A stretch of 64,000 nucleotides of DNA from Clostridiales bacterium UBA5448. Lineage in GTDB: Bacteria > Bacillota > Clostridia > Oscillospirales > SIG627. The stretch spans positions 57,115-121,114 of the forward strand of contig DIRA01000014.1 in assembly GCA_002427425.1 (NCBI GenBank). The letters are read 5' to 3'. The translations under genes were made by a program, and so were the position numbers. Position 1 is the first letter of the stretch. The number at the start of each line of letters is the position of its first letter. The notes under the pieces are model-generated. The model saw nothing but the letters and a program-made list of their open reading frames with translations. It searched no databases and was not told where the DNA came from. Of the stretch, positions 27,468-37,270 are shown piece after piece.

Positions 27468-28058
27468 TCAGAGGAGTTTTTCTTTCTTTGTATTCAGGGT
27501 TTTGATGTCGTCTTTTGCATGGAGCCCGTACATGGTGATGGAAAAGAGCATCAAAGCCAGCACCAGGAGGCAAAGGGCCGTTAACACGGCTTTGTTGGGT
27601 GTATCATCGACCATAGCCCAAATAAACACGCCATAGGTCACGGCGGTTGCCAATTTTCCATACCAGTTTGCCTGCACATAGATATTCTTTCGTTTCATCA
27701 GCAAAGAGGCGAAGGTCACCATGATGGAATCTTTCAACAATAAACTGATCGCCAGCCAAAAGGGTAAAATACGCGCAAAGGCAAGACAAGTCAAAACCGC
27801 CAGCTGCATCGCTTTGTCCGCAAGAGGATCCAGCAGTTTCCCTATGTCGGTGACCCAATTGTTTTTTCTTGCTAAGTAACCGTCCAGAATGTCGGTGAGG
27901 CCGGCCAGCAAAAAGATGCCGGCAGCCAAAATCAGACGATTCCAGGCGATGAAAGCCCAAACATAGAGGGGAATCAACAACAGCCGGAAGACGGTCAGAT
28001 AGTTGGGTATATGGTTTTTATTAAACTTCAGCATAGCACTGTCTGATTTGTTGAACAA
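27468..28058 (-). CDS. pgsA: CDP-diacylglycerol--glycerol-3-phosphate 3-phosphatidyltransferase
   Basis: 196 aa. Contains the CDP-alcohol phosphatidyltransferase motif DILDGYLARKNNWVTDIGKLLDPLADK. Confidence 0.88.
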   Translation of the reverse strand: MFNKSDSAMLKFNKNHIPNYLTVFRLLLIPLYVWAFIAWNRLILAAGIFLLAGLTDILDGYLARKNNWVTDIGKLLDPLADKAMQLAVLTCLAFARILPFWLAISLLLKDSIMVTFASLLMKRKNIYVQANWYGKLATAVTYGVFIWAMVDDTPNKAVLTALCLLVLALMLFSITMYGLHAKDDIKTLNTKKEKLL

Positions 28059-28082
28059 ACCATTCCTTTCCTTTTTCCTTGG

Positions 28083-28799
28083 TTACAATATGGCATTGAT
28101 GGGATTGTATTGGGCAAAAAATTTGTATAATAAGGTGTTATCCGCCGAAAATCCTTGGAATAAGATGCTTTCGGATTTAGAGAGGTAAGGTACCAAGTGT
28201 TCAATCAGCAGTCCGGCGACCCACAAAAAGACAAGACCTGCCAAAAGCCCCAGCAAAGCCCCCAGGATACAGTTTGCAGAGTGCAAAAGAGGAAGACGAA
28301 AAATAGGATCGGTGATTTTCGAAACGATCTTGGCGGCAAAATAAAAGGCAATGAATAAAAGAATAAATCCAATGACATAAGAAATGGCGTTGGCTGCCCC
28401 GGCCGTCAGATAATCCGCAAGCTCTTTGGCAATCAAAGAGGAGGTTTTACCTTGGGCTGCCAAGGTTTCATATTGGCTATGCAGTTCCTGCACATTCACA
28501 CCGTAGCGACCCAGCAAAGAAGCAAAGCCCTCGGGCATTTGGGAAAACAAGGTTTCAAAATTGTTTTCCCACGCAGACAGCATATCCAAAAGCTGCGATT
28601 CCACCATGGAAGATAACCAGTTCGCTACAAACAGGTTATTAATAAAGGAAGCAACCGGTGACACAAAAACAACCGCACCAATCAAACTGATTAAGGAGCC
28701 GGCGAATTTTAACAGGGTTTTTACAAATCCCCGATTCCAGCCAACAAAGAAACAAATGCCAAGAACAGCAACGACCATCAAATCCAGAAAAACGCTCAT
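28083..28799 (-). CDS. cvpA: CvpA family membrane protein
   Basis: 238 aa. Starts MSVFLDLMVVAVLGICFFVGWNRGFVKTLL and has further TM helices. Confidence 0.7.
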   Translation of the reverse strand: MSVFLDLMVVAVLGICFFVGWNRGFVKTLLKFAGSLISLIGAVVFVSPVASFINNLFVANWLSSMVESQLLDMLSAWENNFETLFSQMPEGFASLLGRYGVNVQELHSQYETLAAQGKTSSLIAKELADYLTAGAANAISYVIGFILLFIAFYFAAKIVSKITDPIFRLPLLHSANCILGALLGLLAGLVFLWVAGLLIEHLVPYLSKSESILFQGFSADNTLLYKFFAQYNPINAIL

Positions 28800-28814
28800 A
28801 TTTATGACTCCTTT

Positions 28815-30041
28815 CTATTCCATCAGAAGAAAACAAACGGTGTTGTCGCTGACAAATGCCAGGGTGTTATTTTCCAGGGGCAAAATTTTACGAAACGAAC
28901 GGGATACGGAATAGGTATGGACTGTTTTGGATGCAGGCTCTAAGATGTACAAGGTTTCGTAGGCGAGCACATAGACTTTTTTTCCCACGGAAACAATATC
29001 GAAAATCTGGGAGCCCACATCGGTGCAAAACTGTTCTTTTTCTCCCGGCGCAAAGATTTTCAGTTCATAAGTGGTCCCCACCATGCTCTTTTTTTGTGCC
29101 AGAACCCCGTAGGTCGGTCCTATATGGTAGGCGGAAAGATCGGTGGAGGTAAACGTATTTTTTGCCAACACTTGATTGTCAGAGGATATATTGGCCAAAT
29201 AGGTATCGGTTAAAACCCAAAAGTGAGCGTTGGCATCCTTTTTCACATAGGAAACCTGCATAGGCAAAGCGTTGTCCAAATGGACCGAGCTGACAATGTC
29301 TTCCGATTGGGTGGACAAAGAAATGATTTCTCCGGAAAAGTTCCCCTCCGAGGCTTTACAGGTGGCGACCAGCAGGCGGGCGGAATCATAGGGGCAAAGG
29401 GACACGTCAAAAACGAGCTTGTCGGGGGAAAGCCATTTATAGATTAACTGAAACGAGGCATTATATACATAGACGGCAGCGTGATATCCTTTTTCGGAGG
29501 TGGCAACGGCAAATGTCCCGTTATCGTGCAAAGAAACAGCAAAAATTTGGTAGGGCAGAGTGGTTGTAAATACGTTGGAAAACGCATTGTACACCCGAAG
29601 AGTGTGCCCCCCCACATCGTAGACCAAAAAATTGGCGTCTCCCACCAGCAATTCGGGGGATGAAAAGGCATATTGATCGGTGAGAATCAGTTCGCCTTGG
29701 GTATCATACAGGTCTACGCCGGACTTGGTGGCAATGATGATATCCCCCCGAAATGCGGCGCATTTCACAGAGGAATCAGTATTAAAGGCAATGGGTGCAT
29801 GACTTGAGCCGTAGACAATTTCCGAGCCCGATAGATTTTTGATCAGATAGTGAAAGGTATCCGCCGTTTCCTTGGTGTTAAACAGGGCAAGACCAAAAAG
29901 AACCAAAGCCAAAAAAATCAACAGGGACACAAATTTGGCAGTACGAAACCACACCGCTGCACCGGATTGTGTTGCGGCAGCAGACAAAACATCCTGTTTT
30001 CCCGCCGATGCATCGGCTTTTTTCGCACGTGAACCAAACAT
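28815..30041 (-). CDS. membrane-anchored hypothetical protein (single N-terminal TM, beta-rich ectodomain; DUF5711-like by recollection)
   Basis: I place the start at MFGSRAKKAD (ATG at 30041), with AAGGAG 6 nt upstream. The longer ORF-track start would overlap truA by 80 nt. Confidence 0.5.
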   Translation of the reverse strand: MFGSRAKKADASAGKQDVLSAAATQSGAAVWFRTAKFVSLLIFLALVLFGLALFNTKETADTFHYLIKNLSGSEIVYGSSHAPIAFNTDSSVKCAAFRGDIIIATKSGVDLYDTQGELILTDQYAFSSPELLVGDANFLVYDVGGHTLRVYNAFSNVFTTTLPYQIFAVSLHDNGTFAVATSEKGYHAAVYVYNASFQLIYKWLSPDKLVFDVSLCPYDSARLLVATCKASEGNFSGEIISLSTQSEDIVSSVHLDNALPMQVSYVKKDANAHFWVLTDTYLANISSDNQVLAKNTFTSTDLSAYHIGPTYGVLAQKKSMVGTTYELKIFAPGEKEQFCTDVGSQIFDIVSVGKKVYVLAYETLYILEPASKTVHTYSVSRSFRKILPLENNTLAFVSDNTVCFLLME

Positions 30042-30051
30042 GTAATTCTCC

Positions 30052-30786
30052 TTAAATATATGCGATCTTATATAAATACAGACCGTAGGCGGGCGCGGTG
30101 AAGCCGGCAAGAGAGCGGTCTTTCTTTGCAAGGATTTGCAAAATGGTGTTGGGCAGGCGATGATTCACCCGATCCAGGAGAGTGCCCGCCATGATACGGA
30201 CCTGATTGTATAAAAAACCGTCGGCGGTGATTTCAAAACAAAGGAGCGTATCGGAAAGGGGAATAACGGTAGCTTCAAACACTTCCCGCACGGTGCTTTT
30301 GATGGCGGATCCGCTTGCCATAAAAGAGGCAAAATCATGTTTTCCCACAAAGCAGGAGGCTTCTTCCTTCATTGTACCCACATCCAAAGGATGTGAAACC
30401 CAAAACGCACGATTTTCTAAAAAAGGAGAGGGATAGGGAGCGTTTTGTATCAGATACCGATAGGTTTTGTTTTTGGCGGAATAGCGGGCATGAAAGGTAT
30501 CTTCCACAACCTGGGCACGTTTGACCCGTACGGATCGTGGAAGATGGAAGTTCAGTGCCGCCGGCAAGCGTTGGATGTCAAAGGGCTTTTGCAAATCCGC
30601 ATGGCAAATATACGAAAGAGCATGAACTCCGGCATCGGTGCGGCTGCATCCCGTCACCGCAACCGGTACCCCGAACAGGGACTCAAAGGCTTGGCACAGG
30701 GTTTGCTGGACGCTTTGCCCGTTTTTTTGGACCTGCCACCCACAAAAGGGAGTTCCGTCAAAAAGCAGCGACAACAAGACTCTCAT
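30052..30786 (-). CDS. truA: tRNA pseudouridine(38-40) synthase
   Basis: 244 aa. Contains FDGTPFCGWQVQ and GCSRTDAGVHA (catalytic Asp motif). Confidence 0.92.
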   Translation of the reverse strand: MRVLLSLLFDGTPFCGWQVQKNGQSVQQTLCQAFESLFGVPVAVTGCSRTDAGVHALSYICHADLQKPFDIQRLPAALNFHLPRSVRVKRAQVVEDTFHARYSAKNKTYRYLIQNAPYPSPFLENRAFWVSHPLDVGTMKEEASCFVGKHDFASFMASGSAIKSTVREVFEATVIPLSDTLLCFEITADGFLYNQVRIMAGTLLDRVNHRLPNTILQILAKKDRSLAGFTAPAYGLYLYKIAYI

Positions 30787-31607
30787 AGGCGAATACCGGT
30801 GGGTATATAGTTGCAGGAAAAGAGCGCGGCGCCGAACGCCAAAAAGAGAAGAGCCGCTAATAAATCAGAGGCATGAAGCCGTAACTGCTTCATACGGGTT
30901 CTGCCCTTGCCTCCCATATAGCACCGGCATTCCATGGCAACGGCCAAGTCGTTGGAGCGACGGAAAGCGGTGACCAGCAAAGGGATGAGAACAGGAAGCA
31001 ACGCCTTGGCACGCTTTATCAGAGAACCGGACTCAAAATCCGCCCCCCTTGCTTTTTGGGCGTTCATGATTTTCACGGTATCCTCAAGCAGGGTGGGAAT
31101 GAAGCGGAGAGCCAGGGACATCATCATGGCAAAATCGTATACGGGTATATTGAGAAGATTCAAAGGAGACAACAGCCGTTCAATGGCATCGGTGAGGGCC
31201 CGCGGGGTGGTGGTATAGGTGAGAAGCAAGGAACTGCCCAGCACCAGACAAAGGATGCGCACGATCATGAAAATGGCAGTGTACACACCTTTGGGATACA
31301 CGGTAAAAATCCAAAAGGAAAATAAAGGATCTTGCGTGTCTTTGGTAAAAAAGAGATTGATCACGCCGGTAAAAAGCAAAATGAAGAAAATGGGTTTAAC
31401 CCCTTTTATCAACAGCTTGAACGAGAGCCCGCTGCAAAGGATCAACACAAAAGTTGAAAGCAGCATCCATGCAAACGCATAGACGGATTTTGCAAAAAAC
31501 AAAATCACAATATAGAAAATGGTAAGGAGCAATTTCATCCGGGGATCCATGGTATGCAGGGGGGATTTTCCGGGGAAATATTGCCCGAGTGTAATATCTT
31601 TCAGCAA
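30783..31607 (-). CDS. ecfT: ECF transporter transmembrane (T) component
   Basis: 274 aa, polytopic. Contains the ARG motifs (AQKARGADF and RSNDLAVAMECR). Overlaps truA by 4 nt. Confidence 0.85.
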   Translation of the reverse strand: MLKDITLGQYFPGKSPLHTMDPRMKLLLTIFYIVILFFAKSVYAFAWMLLSTFVLILCSGLSFKLLIKGVKPIFFILLFTGVINLFFTKDTQDPLFSFWIFTVYPKGVYTAIFMIVRILCLVLGSSLLLTYTTTPRALTDAIERLLSPLNLLNIPVYDFAMMMSLALRFIPTLLEDTVKIMNAQKARGADFESGSLIKRAKALLPVLIPLLVTAFRRSNDLAVAMECRCYMGGKGRTRMKQLRLHASDLLAALLFLAFGAALFSCNYIPTGIRL

Positions 31608-32458
31608 GAAGACCGCCTCCTGTCCGTTAAACGTTTGAAGGCATCTTCCACGGTATAAACACTTGTGTCCACATCCAGCCCTTTTTTCTTCAATGCCAGC
31701 ATGACACGGGTGACTTGGGGCAGGCGCAGACCCGCATCTTTGATTATATCTGCTTGTTGAAACACTTCTTTGAGACTGCCTTTGAGCAAGAGCGTGGAAT
31801 CCTTGAGTACGATCAATTCATCGGAATACCGGGCCATATCTTCCATGCTGTGGGAAATCAAAATGACGGTTTTGCTTTTTGTTTGTTGATAGGTGCGGAT
31901 ATTGCCCAATATTTCATCTCTGCCCCTGGGATCCAAGCCCGCTGCCGGTTCGTCTAATACCAACACTTCGGGATCCATGGCGAGAACGCCGGCAATGGCG
32001 ACCCTGCGCTGTTGCCCCCCGGACAATTCAAAAGGGGATTTATCCAGCAACTCTTCGGAAAGTCCGACAAATTCAGCCGCGCTGCGGATTAAAAAATCCA
32101 GTTCTTTTCCTTGTTTTCCCATATTGATAGGCCCATATGCAATGTCTTTATAGACCGTCTCCTCAAACAACTGGTGTTCCGGATATTGAAAAACCATGCC
32201 AACGCGGTACCGAATTTGACTGATTTTTTTCGGTTCTGCCCATATATCCTGATTGCCTAAGAAGATTTTACCGCTCGTAGGACGGAGCAGACCGTTGAGC
32301 ATCTGGGCAAACGTGGATTTACCCGATCCCGTGTGACCGATCAGCCCGGTAATCTTTCCGCCGGTGATGGTCACGCTGACATCCCGAAGCGCCTCTTTTT
32401 CCAAGGGCGTGTTCGGGCTGTAAGCATATGAAACATGTTCCAGTGTGATGGAGATCAT
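31601..32458 (-). CDS. ecfA2: ECF transporter ATPase A2
   Basis: 285 aa. Contains GHTGSGKST, LSGGQQRRVAIA and LVLDEP. Confidence 0.88.
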   Translation of the reverse strand: MISITLEHVSYAYSPNTPLEKEALRDVSVTITGGKITGLIGHTGSGKSTFAQMLNGLLRPTSGKIFLGNQDIWAEPKKISQIRYRVGMVFQYPEHQLFEETVYKDIAYGPINMGKQGKELDFLIRSAAEFVGLSEELLDKSPFELSGGQQRRVAIAGVLAMDPEVLVLDEPAAGLDPRGRDEILGNIRTYQQTKSKTVILISHSMEDMARYSDELIVLKDSTLLLKGSLKEVFQQADIIKDAGLRLPQVTRVMLALKKKGLDVDTSVYTVEDAFKRLTDRRRSSC

Positions 32459-32470
32459 TTTTCTGTCCTT

Positions 32471-33325
32471 CTATTTTAATATTGACTCCAATAATACAGC
32501 CGCTTCCTCTTCGGTGAGGGCGGTTTTTCCTTGCAGTTCAGGATACAGACCGCTTTCTTCCAGACGGGCGATCAAATCCGTTGCCTGGGGCAGGGACAAT
32601 CCTATGGAATACAACTCATTTTGGTGACGGAATACCTCTTCGGGCTTCCCGTCCAAACGAATGGTTCCGTCGTGAATCACAACCACCCGATCGGCAAGAG
32701 CCGCTTCTTCCATGTAATGGGTGATGAGGACGATGGTTTTCTGTTCAACCCGGTTTAAGTGCCGGATGGTTTCCATGATTTCTTCACGGCCCCGGGGATC
32801 GAGCATGGCGGTGGATTCATCAAAAATGATGCATTCCGGACCCATGGCAAGGATGCCGGCGATGGCGACCCGCTGTTTTTGCCCCCCCGATAACTGGTGG
32901 GGCGCATGGTGAGCATATTCACGCATGCCCACAACGTCCAACGCCTTGTCCACCCGCAAACGGATTTCATTGGTGGGAACCCCTAAATTTTCGGGGGCGA
33001 AGGCGACATCTTCCTCTACCACGGTGGCAACCAGTTGGTTGTCCGGGTTTTGGAACACCATGCCCACCCGCTTACGGATGTTGATCAACTGGTCTTCATG
33101 GGTGGTATCCATGCCGTCAACGAGGATTTTACCCTCCAGCGGCAACAGAATACCGTTAAACAATTTGGCAAGGGTGGATTTTCCAGACCCGTTTTGCCCT
33201 AAAATGGCCACAAAACTGCCCCGCTCAATGGACAAAGACACATTTTCCACCGCATTGCGGGCTTCTACATCTTCGTTTTCATAAGCGAAAACCACATTTT
33301 GGGCTTCCAGGATTACGTTCATCAA
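32471..33325 (-). CDS. ecfA1: ECF transporter ATPase A1
   Basis: 284 aa. Contains GQNGSGKST, LSGGQKQRVAIA and IIFDES. Gene order ecfA1-ecfA2-ecfT-truA matches Bacillus. Confidence 0.88.
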   Translation of the reverse strand: MMNVILEAQNVVFAYENEDVEARNAVENVSLSIERGSFVAILGQNGSGKSTLAKLFNGILLPLEGKILVDGMDTTHEDQLINIRKRVGMVFQNPDNQLVATVVEEDVAFAPENLGVPTNEIRLRVDKALDVVGMREYAHHAPHQLSGGQKQRVAIAGILAMGPECIIFDESTAMLDPRGREEIMETIRHLNRVEQKTIVLITHYMEEAALADRVVVIHDGTIRLDGKPEEVFRHQNELYSIGLSLPQATDLIARLEESGLYPELQGKTALTEEEAAVLLESILK

Positions 33326-34182
33326 TCACACTCCCATCGTGCGGCAGCGCCGCAACCCAGCACCATGCCGGTTTGTTTGGAATACAATCCCACTTCATCG
33401 GCGGTGATTTTGCCCCTCAGCTTACGGGTATGATTTCCCAGCAAATATCCCATGGTAGAAGGAGAAAGACCGGTGGTGTAGGAATTCAACAGGAAAAAAA
33501 GCGGGTTGTTTGACAACAGCATCACACATTTTCCGACCAGTTCATCCACGCAGTTTTCCAGTTTCCACAGTTCTCCTCCGGGTCCCCGTCCATAGGAAGG
33601 GGGATCCATGATAATGGCGTCGTATTTGCTGCCCCGGCGGAGTTCCCGCTCTACAAATTTCATACAGTCGTCCACAATGTATCGCACCGGAGCCTTTTCC
33701 AACCCCGACAGCAGGCAGTTTTCTTTGGCGGCAGCCACCATGCCTTTGGCAGCGTCCACATGGCAGACGGCAGCGCCTTCTTTGGCGGCGGCAACCGTAG
33801 CCCCGCCGGTATAGGCGAACAGGTTCAAAACAGAAACAAACCGTCCGGCCTTTTGGATTTTTTCCCGCAACCAGTCCCAATTGACCGCTTGTTCGGGAAA
33901 CACCCCCGTATGTTTGAAGCCCATGGGCTTGATTTTCAGGGTCATATCCCCGTAATGAATCAGCCAACTTTCGGGCAGGGTGTGGTCATTCCATTGACCG
34001 CCCCCCGAAGAAGAGCGATTATAAACGGCATCGGCTTTGTTCCAGAGGGGATGGCGTTTGGCGTTGTTCCAAATCACCTGGGGGTCGGGGCGAACCAGGA
34101 CATACTCGCCCCATTTTTCCAGCCGCTGTCCGTCAGAGGTGTCCAGCAGTGAATAGTCCTTCCAGTTTTCAGCAATCCACAT
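33322..34182 (-). CDS. class I SAM-dependent (rRNA-type, RlmI/YwbD-like) methyltransferase
   Basis: 286 aa. Contains VLNLFAYTGGATVAAA (SAM pocket) and IIMDPPSYGRG (DPPxF/Y motif). Confidence 0.7.
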   Translation of the reverse strand: MWIAENWKDYSLLDTSDGQRLEKWGEYVLVRPDPQVIWNNAKRHPLWNKADAVYNRSSSGGGQWNDHTLPESWLIHYGDMTLKIKPMGFKHTGVFPEQAVNWDWLREKIQKAGRFVSVLNLFAYTGGATVAAAKEGAAVCHVDAAKGMVAAAKENCLLSGLEKAPVRYIVDDCMKFVERELRRGSKYDAIIMDPPSYGRGPGGELWKLENCVDELVGKCVMLLSNNPLFFLLNSYTTGLSPSTMGYLLGNHTRKLRGKITADEVGLYSKQTGMVLGCGAAARWECD

Positions 34183-34185
34183 AAA

Positions 34186-35268
34186 TCATGCTTCTCCCCA
34201 TGTCATCTGGCCATTTTCTCTGTCATAGGGCAGATGAAGATGGTCGCAGGCTAATTTGGTGACACAGCGTCCGCGGGGGGTACGCTGTAAAAATCCGATT
34301 TGCATCAGGTAGGGCTCATACACATCTTCGATGGTGATCGTTTCTTCTCCCACAGTGGCGGACAATGTATCCAATCCCACGGGGCCGCCGCCGAAATAGG
34401 TGATGATGGCGGAGAGCATCCGTCTGTCCACGCTGTCCAATCCCAGAGAATCGATTTCCAGTTTGTCCAAAGCCCAGTCGGCAATTTTTTTATCAATGCG
34501 GCCGCGGCCTTTCACCTGGGCAAAATCCCGCACCCGTTTTAATAACCGGTTGGCGATACGGGGCGTTCCCCTGGAACGGGAAGCCAATTCCAGGGCCCCT
34601 TCCTCGGAGATGGGGATACCCAAAATGCCTGCGGAACGTTTGATGATGGCGGCCAATTCCTGGTGGGTATACAATTCAAGCCGCAGCACCACGCCGAAAC
34701 GGTCCCGTAACGGTGCGGTCAATTGCCCTGCCCGGGTGGTGGCGCCGATGAGGGTATACTTTTCCAAAGGGATCCGGATACTTCGGGCGGAAGGGCCACT
34801 GCCCATGATGATGTCCAGGACATAGTCTTCCATGGCGGGATACAATATTTCTTCCACGGCACGGTTTAACCGATGGATTTCGTCGATAAACAGCACATCT
34901 CCGTGCTGTAAATTGGAGAGCAAAGCGGCCAAATCTCCCTGTTTATCAATGGCAGGACCCGATGTGATGCGGATATTCACGCCCATTTCGGCGGCGATGA
35001 TGGAAGCAAGGGTGGTTTTTCCCAGACCGGGAGGGCCGTATAAAAGCACATGGTCAATGGCTTCTCCCCGCATTTTGGCAGCTTCGATGAAAACCCGCAG
35101 ATTTTCCTTGGCCTTTTCCTGCCCCACATATTCATCCAGCGTGGTGGGGCGAAGGGAAACTTCACTTTCGCTGTCAAGGGCATCGTATGCATTGGTTTCG
35201 GTGGAAACCAGACGGTTTTCAAAATCGCTGTCACGATCCTCAAAAAAAGGGCGTGTGCGTTCCTTCAT
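34186..35268 (-). CDS. ruvB: Holliday junction branch migration helicase RuvB
   Basis: 360 aa. Contains [25 protein letters not shown] and FIDEIHRL. Confidence 0.95.
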   Translation of the reverse strand: MKERTRPFFEDRDSDFENRLVSTETNAYDALDSESEVSLRPTTLDEYVGQEKAKENLRVFIEAAKMRGEAIDHVLLYGPPGLGKTTLASIIAAEMGVNIRITSGPAIDKQGDLAALLSNLQHGDVLFIDEIHRLNRAVEEILYPAMEDYVLDIIMGSGPSARSIRIPLEKYTLIGATTRAGQLTAPLRDRFGVVLRLELYTHQELAAIIKRSAGILGIPISEEGALELASRSRGTPRIANRLLKRVRDFAQVKGRGRIDKKIADWALDKLEIDSLGLDSVDRRMLSAIITYFGGGPVGLDTLSATVGEETITIEDVYEPYLMQIGFLQRTPRGRCVTKLACDHLHLPYDRENGQMTWGEA

Positions 35269-35271
35269 GGT

Positions 35272-35883
35272 TTACCTCCTGCTCATGTGTTTCAACGCCT
35301 GTTTGATCAATTCCTCCACCGACAAGTTTTCGGTGTCCAGCCCTGCCACCACGGACATGGCGTCTGCTTTGGCATACCCCAAAACCACCAAAGCGGAAAC
35401 GGCTTCGGCGGCTTTGCCTTCTCCTGCCGGAGCGGGCACGGAAAAATATTCTTTGGCGCCGGTGGTGGTAACGGCGTCTTTGGTTATTTTATCTTTTAAT
35501 TCCAGGATGATTTTATGGGCTGTTTTCACGCCAACACCGGGGGAAGTGGCAATGGTTTTGGCATCGTTTCCGATGATGCACATGGCGAGTTTTTCCGGAG
35601 AGAGGGTGGAGAGAATAGAGAGAGCTGCTTTGGGGCCCACCCCCGACACACCGATCAGCAGCTTAAAAGAAGACTGTTCTTCCAAGGAATAAAATCCATA
35701 TAAACACAAAGCGTCTTCCCGCACATGCAAATAGGTGTACAATTTGACGGCATCACCCCGTTCGGCAGCCGTTTTGCCCACGGTGCGGTCGCTCACCAAG
35801 AGCCGGAATCCCACGCCGGAACAATTGATTACGGCGATACCGTTACCGACGAATTCCTTTTTTCCTTCAATGAAGTAAAACAT
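35272..35883 (-). CDS. ruvA: Holliday junction DNA-binding protein RuvA
   Basis: 203 aa. Contains MFYFIEGK and the HhH pair GVSGVGPKAALSIL / PGVGVKTAHKIILELK. Confidence 0.92.
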   Translation of the reverse strand: MFYFIEGKKEFVGNGIAVINCSGVGFRLLVSDRTVGKTAAERGDAVKLYTYLHVREDALCLYGFYSLEEQSSFKLLIGVSGVGPKAALSILSTLSPEKLAMCIIGNDAKTIATSPGVGVKTAHKIILELKDKITKDAVTTTGAKEYFSVPAPAGEGKAAEAVSALVVLGYAKADAMSVVAGLDTENLSVEELIKQALKHMSRR

Positions 35884-35886
35884 AGT

Positions 35887-36411
35887 TTATTTACCGCCTG
35901 TCTTTTTACTGTCCTCTAAGGTAGAATACGCGTTCAACTTAGAGAACCCCGCATATCCGTGGCAAATGGCGATGGCCAAAGCGTCGGAAGCGTCATCCGG
36001 TTTCACGATCCGGGGCAACCCCAATACAACGCGGGTCATTTCCATCACCTGATGTTTTTCTGCCCTGCCGTATCCCACAACCGCCTGTTTGACCTGCAAA
36101 GGGGTGTATTCATACACCGGCACATGGGCAAGGGAGGCTGCCAGAAGGATCACGCCCCTTGCCTGACACACATTGACAGCGGTGGTACGGTTGGAATGGA
36201 AGAACAATTCTTCAATGGCAAAAGCGTCGGGAGCATGTCCCTCTAAAAGGGAAGAAACCCCATCGAAAATCCGCAGCAGCCTCTCTTCCATGGGCAAGCC
36301 CGGGGGGGTGGTCAGAACGCCGCTTTGGATATGGCGGAATTTGTTGTTGTCAAATGATAGGACACCGTAGCCTACAATGGCATATCCGGGGTCGATACCC
36401 AGTATTTTCAT
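35887..36411 (-). CDS. ruvC: crossover junction endodeoxyribonuclease RuvC
   Basis: I place the start at MKILGIDPGYAIVGYGV (ATG at 36411). It overlaps the tmk stop as ATGA. Confidence 0.9.
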   Translation of the reverse strand: MKILGIDPGYAIVGYGVLSFDNNKFRHIQSGVLTTPPGLPMEERLLRIFDGVSSLLEGHAPDAFAIEELFFHSNRTTAVNVCQARGVILLAASLAHVPVYEYTPLQVKQAVVGYGRAEKHQVMEMTRVVLGLPRIVKPDDASDALAIAICHGYAGFSKLNAYSTLEDSKKTGGK

Positions 36412-37046
36412 ACGATGCCTTTTTCTTTCAGCCCGGTCCAAATGGCTTCGGATACCGTTTCAATGTCGTTGTCCCCGTTGACGATGACATAAGGGCCCCG
36501 GGGATAGTGTTTTTCCATCAGTTCCATGTATCGTTCGCGGACGATTTTCAGCATAGCCTCGGTTTCGTACTTTTCTTTCACATCTCGCTTGCCGATGCGG
36601 TTCATGGCCAACCGGGGATCGATATCGATGAAAATGGTGCAATCGGGGGGGAGAACTTCCATCACCCGGGAATTCAATTGTTTCACCCAACGCAAAGGGA
36701 CTTCGGAACCGTTATACGCCAAAGAAGAGAGGGCATACCGGTCTGTAAGCACCGTCACGCCGTTTTCCACTTTCGACAAAATGCCGTTATAGGCATTGAA
36801 CACATGATCGGTACGATCCGCGGCAAACAAGGCGGCAATGGTGTTGGGATCGGCGGCCAAGCGACCGGTCATGCAGTGATGCACGGTAGCGCCCACAGGC
36901 CCGTCTGTAGGCTCCCGGGTTTCGTAGCAAACATGCCCTTGAGCCCGGAGCTTTTTTGAGAGGAGACGGACATGGGTGCTTTTGCCGCTGCCGTCCAGGC
37001 CTTCAAAGACCAAAAACAATCCTTTTTTCTTTTTTGATTTATCCAT
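36408..37046 (-). CDS. tmk: dTMP kinase
   Basis: I place the start at MDKSKKKKGLFLVFEGLDGSGKSTH (ATG at 37046). The upstream part of the ORF-track ORF lies inside the promoter region. Confidence 0.88.
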   Translation of the reverse strand: MDKSKKKKGLFLVFEGLDGSGKSTHVRLLSKKLRAQGHVCYETREPTDGPVGATVHHCMTGRLAADPNTIAALFAADRTDHVFNAYNGILSKVENGVTVLTDRYALSSLAYNGSEVPLRWVKQLNSRVMEVLPPDCTIFIDIDPRLAMNRIGKRDVKEKYETEAMLKIVRERYMELMEKHYPRGPYVIVNGDNDIETVSEAIWTGLKEKGIV

Positions 37047-37113
37047 TTTGATTCTTTCTCGGCAAGGGAACAACCTGCCGCATTCTTTTGTAATGCACAG
37101 CATAATACAGCAT

Positions 37114-37142
37114 ATTATACCATACGTAACCATTGATTGCAA
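37114..37142 (-). promoter_or_regulatory. sigma-A promoter heading the tmk-ruvCAB array
   Basis: Minus strand reads TTGCAA (37142-37137), 17 nt, TGG-TATAAT (TATAAT at 37119-37114). Confidence 0.6.
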
Positions 37143-37212
37143 GATTTTTATCTTCCTAAAACGGGGTAAATCTTTTATGAGTAGGAAGAACATAGAAAAA
37201 GTATGCACCACC

Positions 37213-37241
37213 TTGATTTATGAGAGGGTTTGCTGTATACT
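37213..37241 (+). promoter_or_regulatory. sigma-A promoter for the 37271 operon
   Basis: TTGATT (37213-37218), 17 nt, TATACT (37236-37241). The RBS GGGAGG lies 6 nt before the ATG at 37271. Confidence 0.55.
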
Positions 37242-37270
37242 ACTATCATTAACCCGGCGGGAGGAAATCC

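Noticed and set aside
30042-30131. A 30-codon N-terminal extension of the membrane-anchored hypothetical protein overlapping truA. Similar ORF-track extensions occur for ruvC (36412-36441), tmk (37047-37211), upp (59880-59972), the ceramidase-like gene (59966-60058), the DUF512 gene (23653-23730) and the heparinase-like gene (3890-3940).
   Set aside because: In each case an internal start with a proper Shine-Dalgarno sequence coincides with the beginning of the conserved protein sequence. The extension would overlap the neighbouring gene or promoter.
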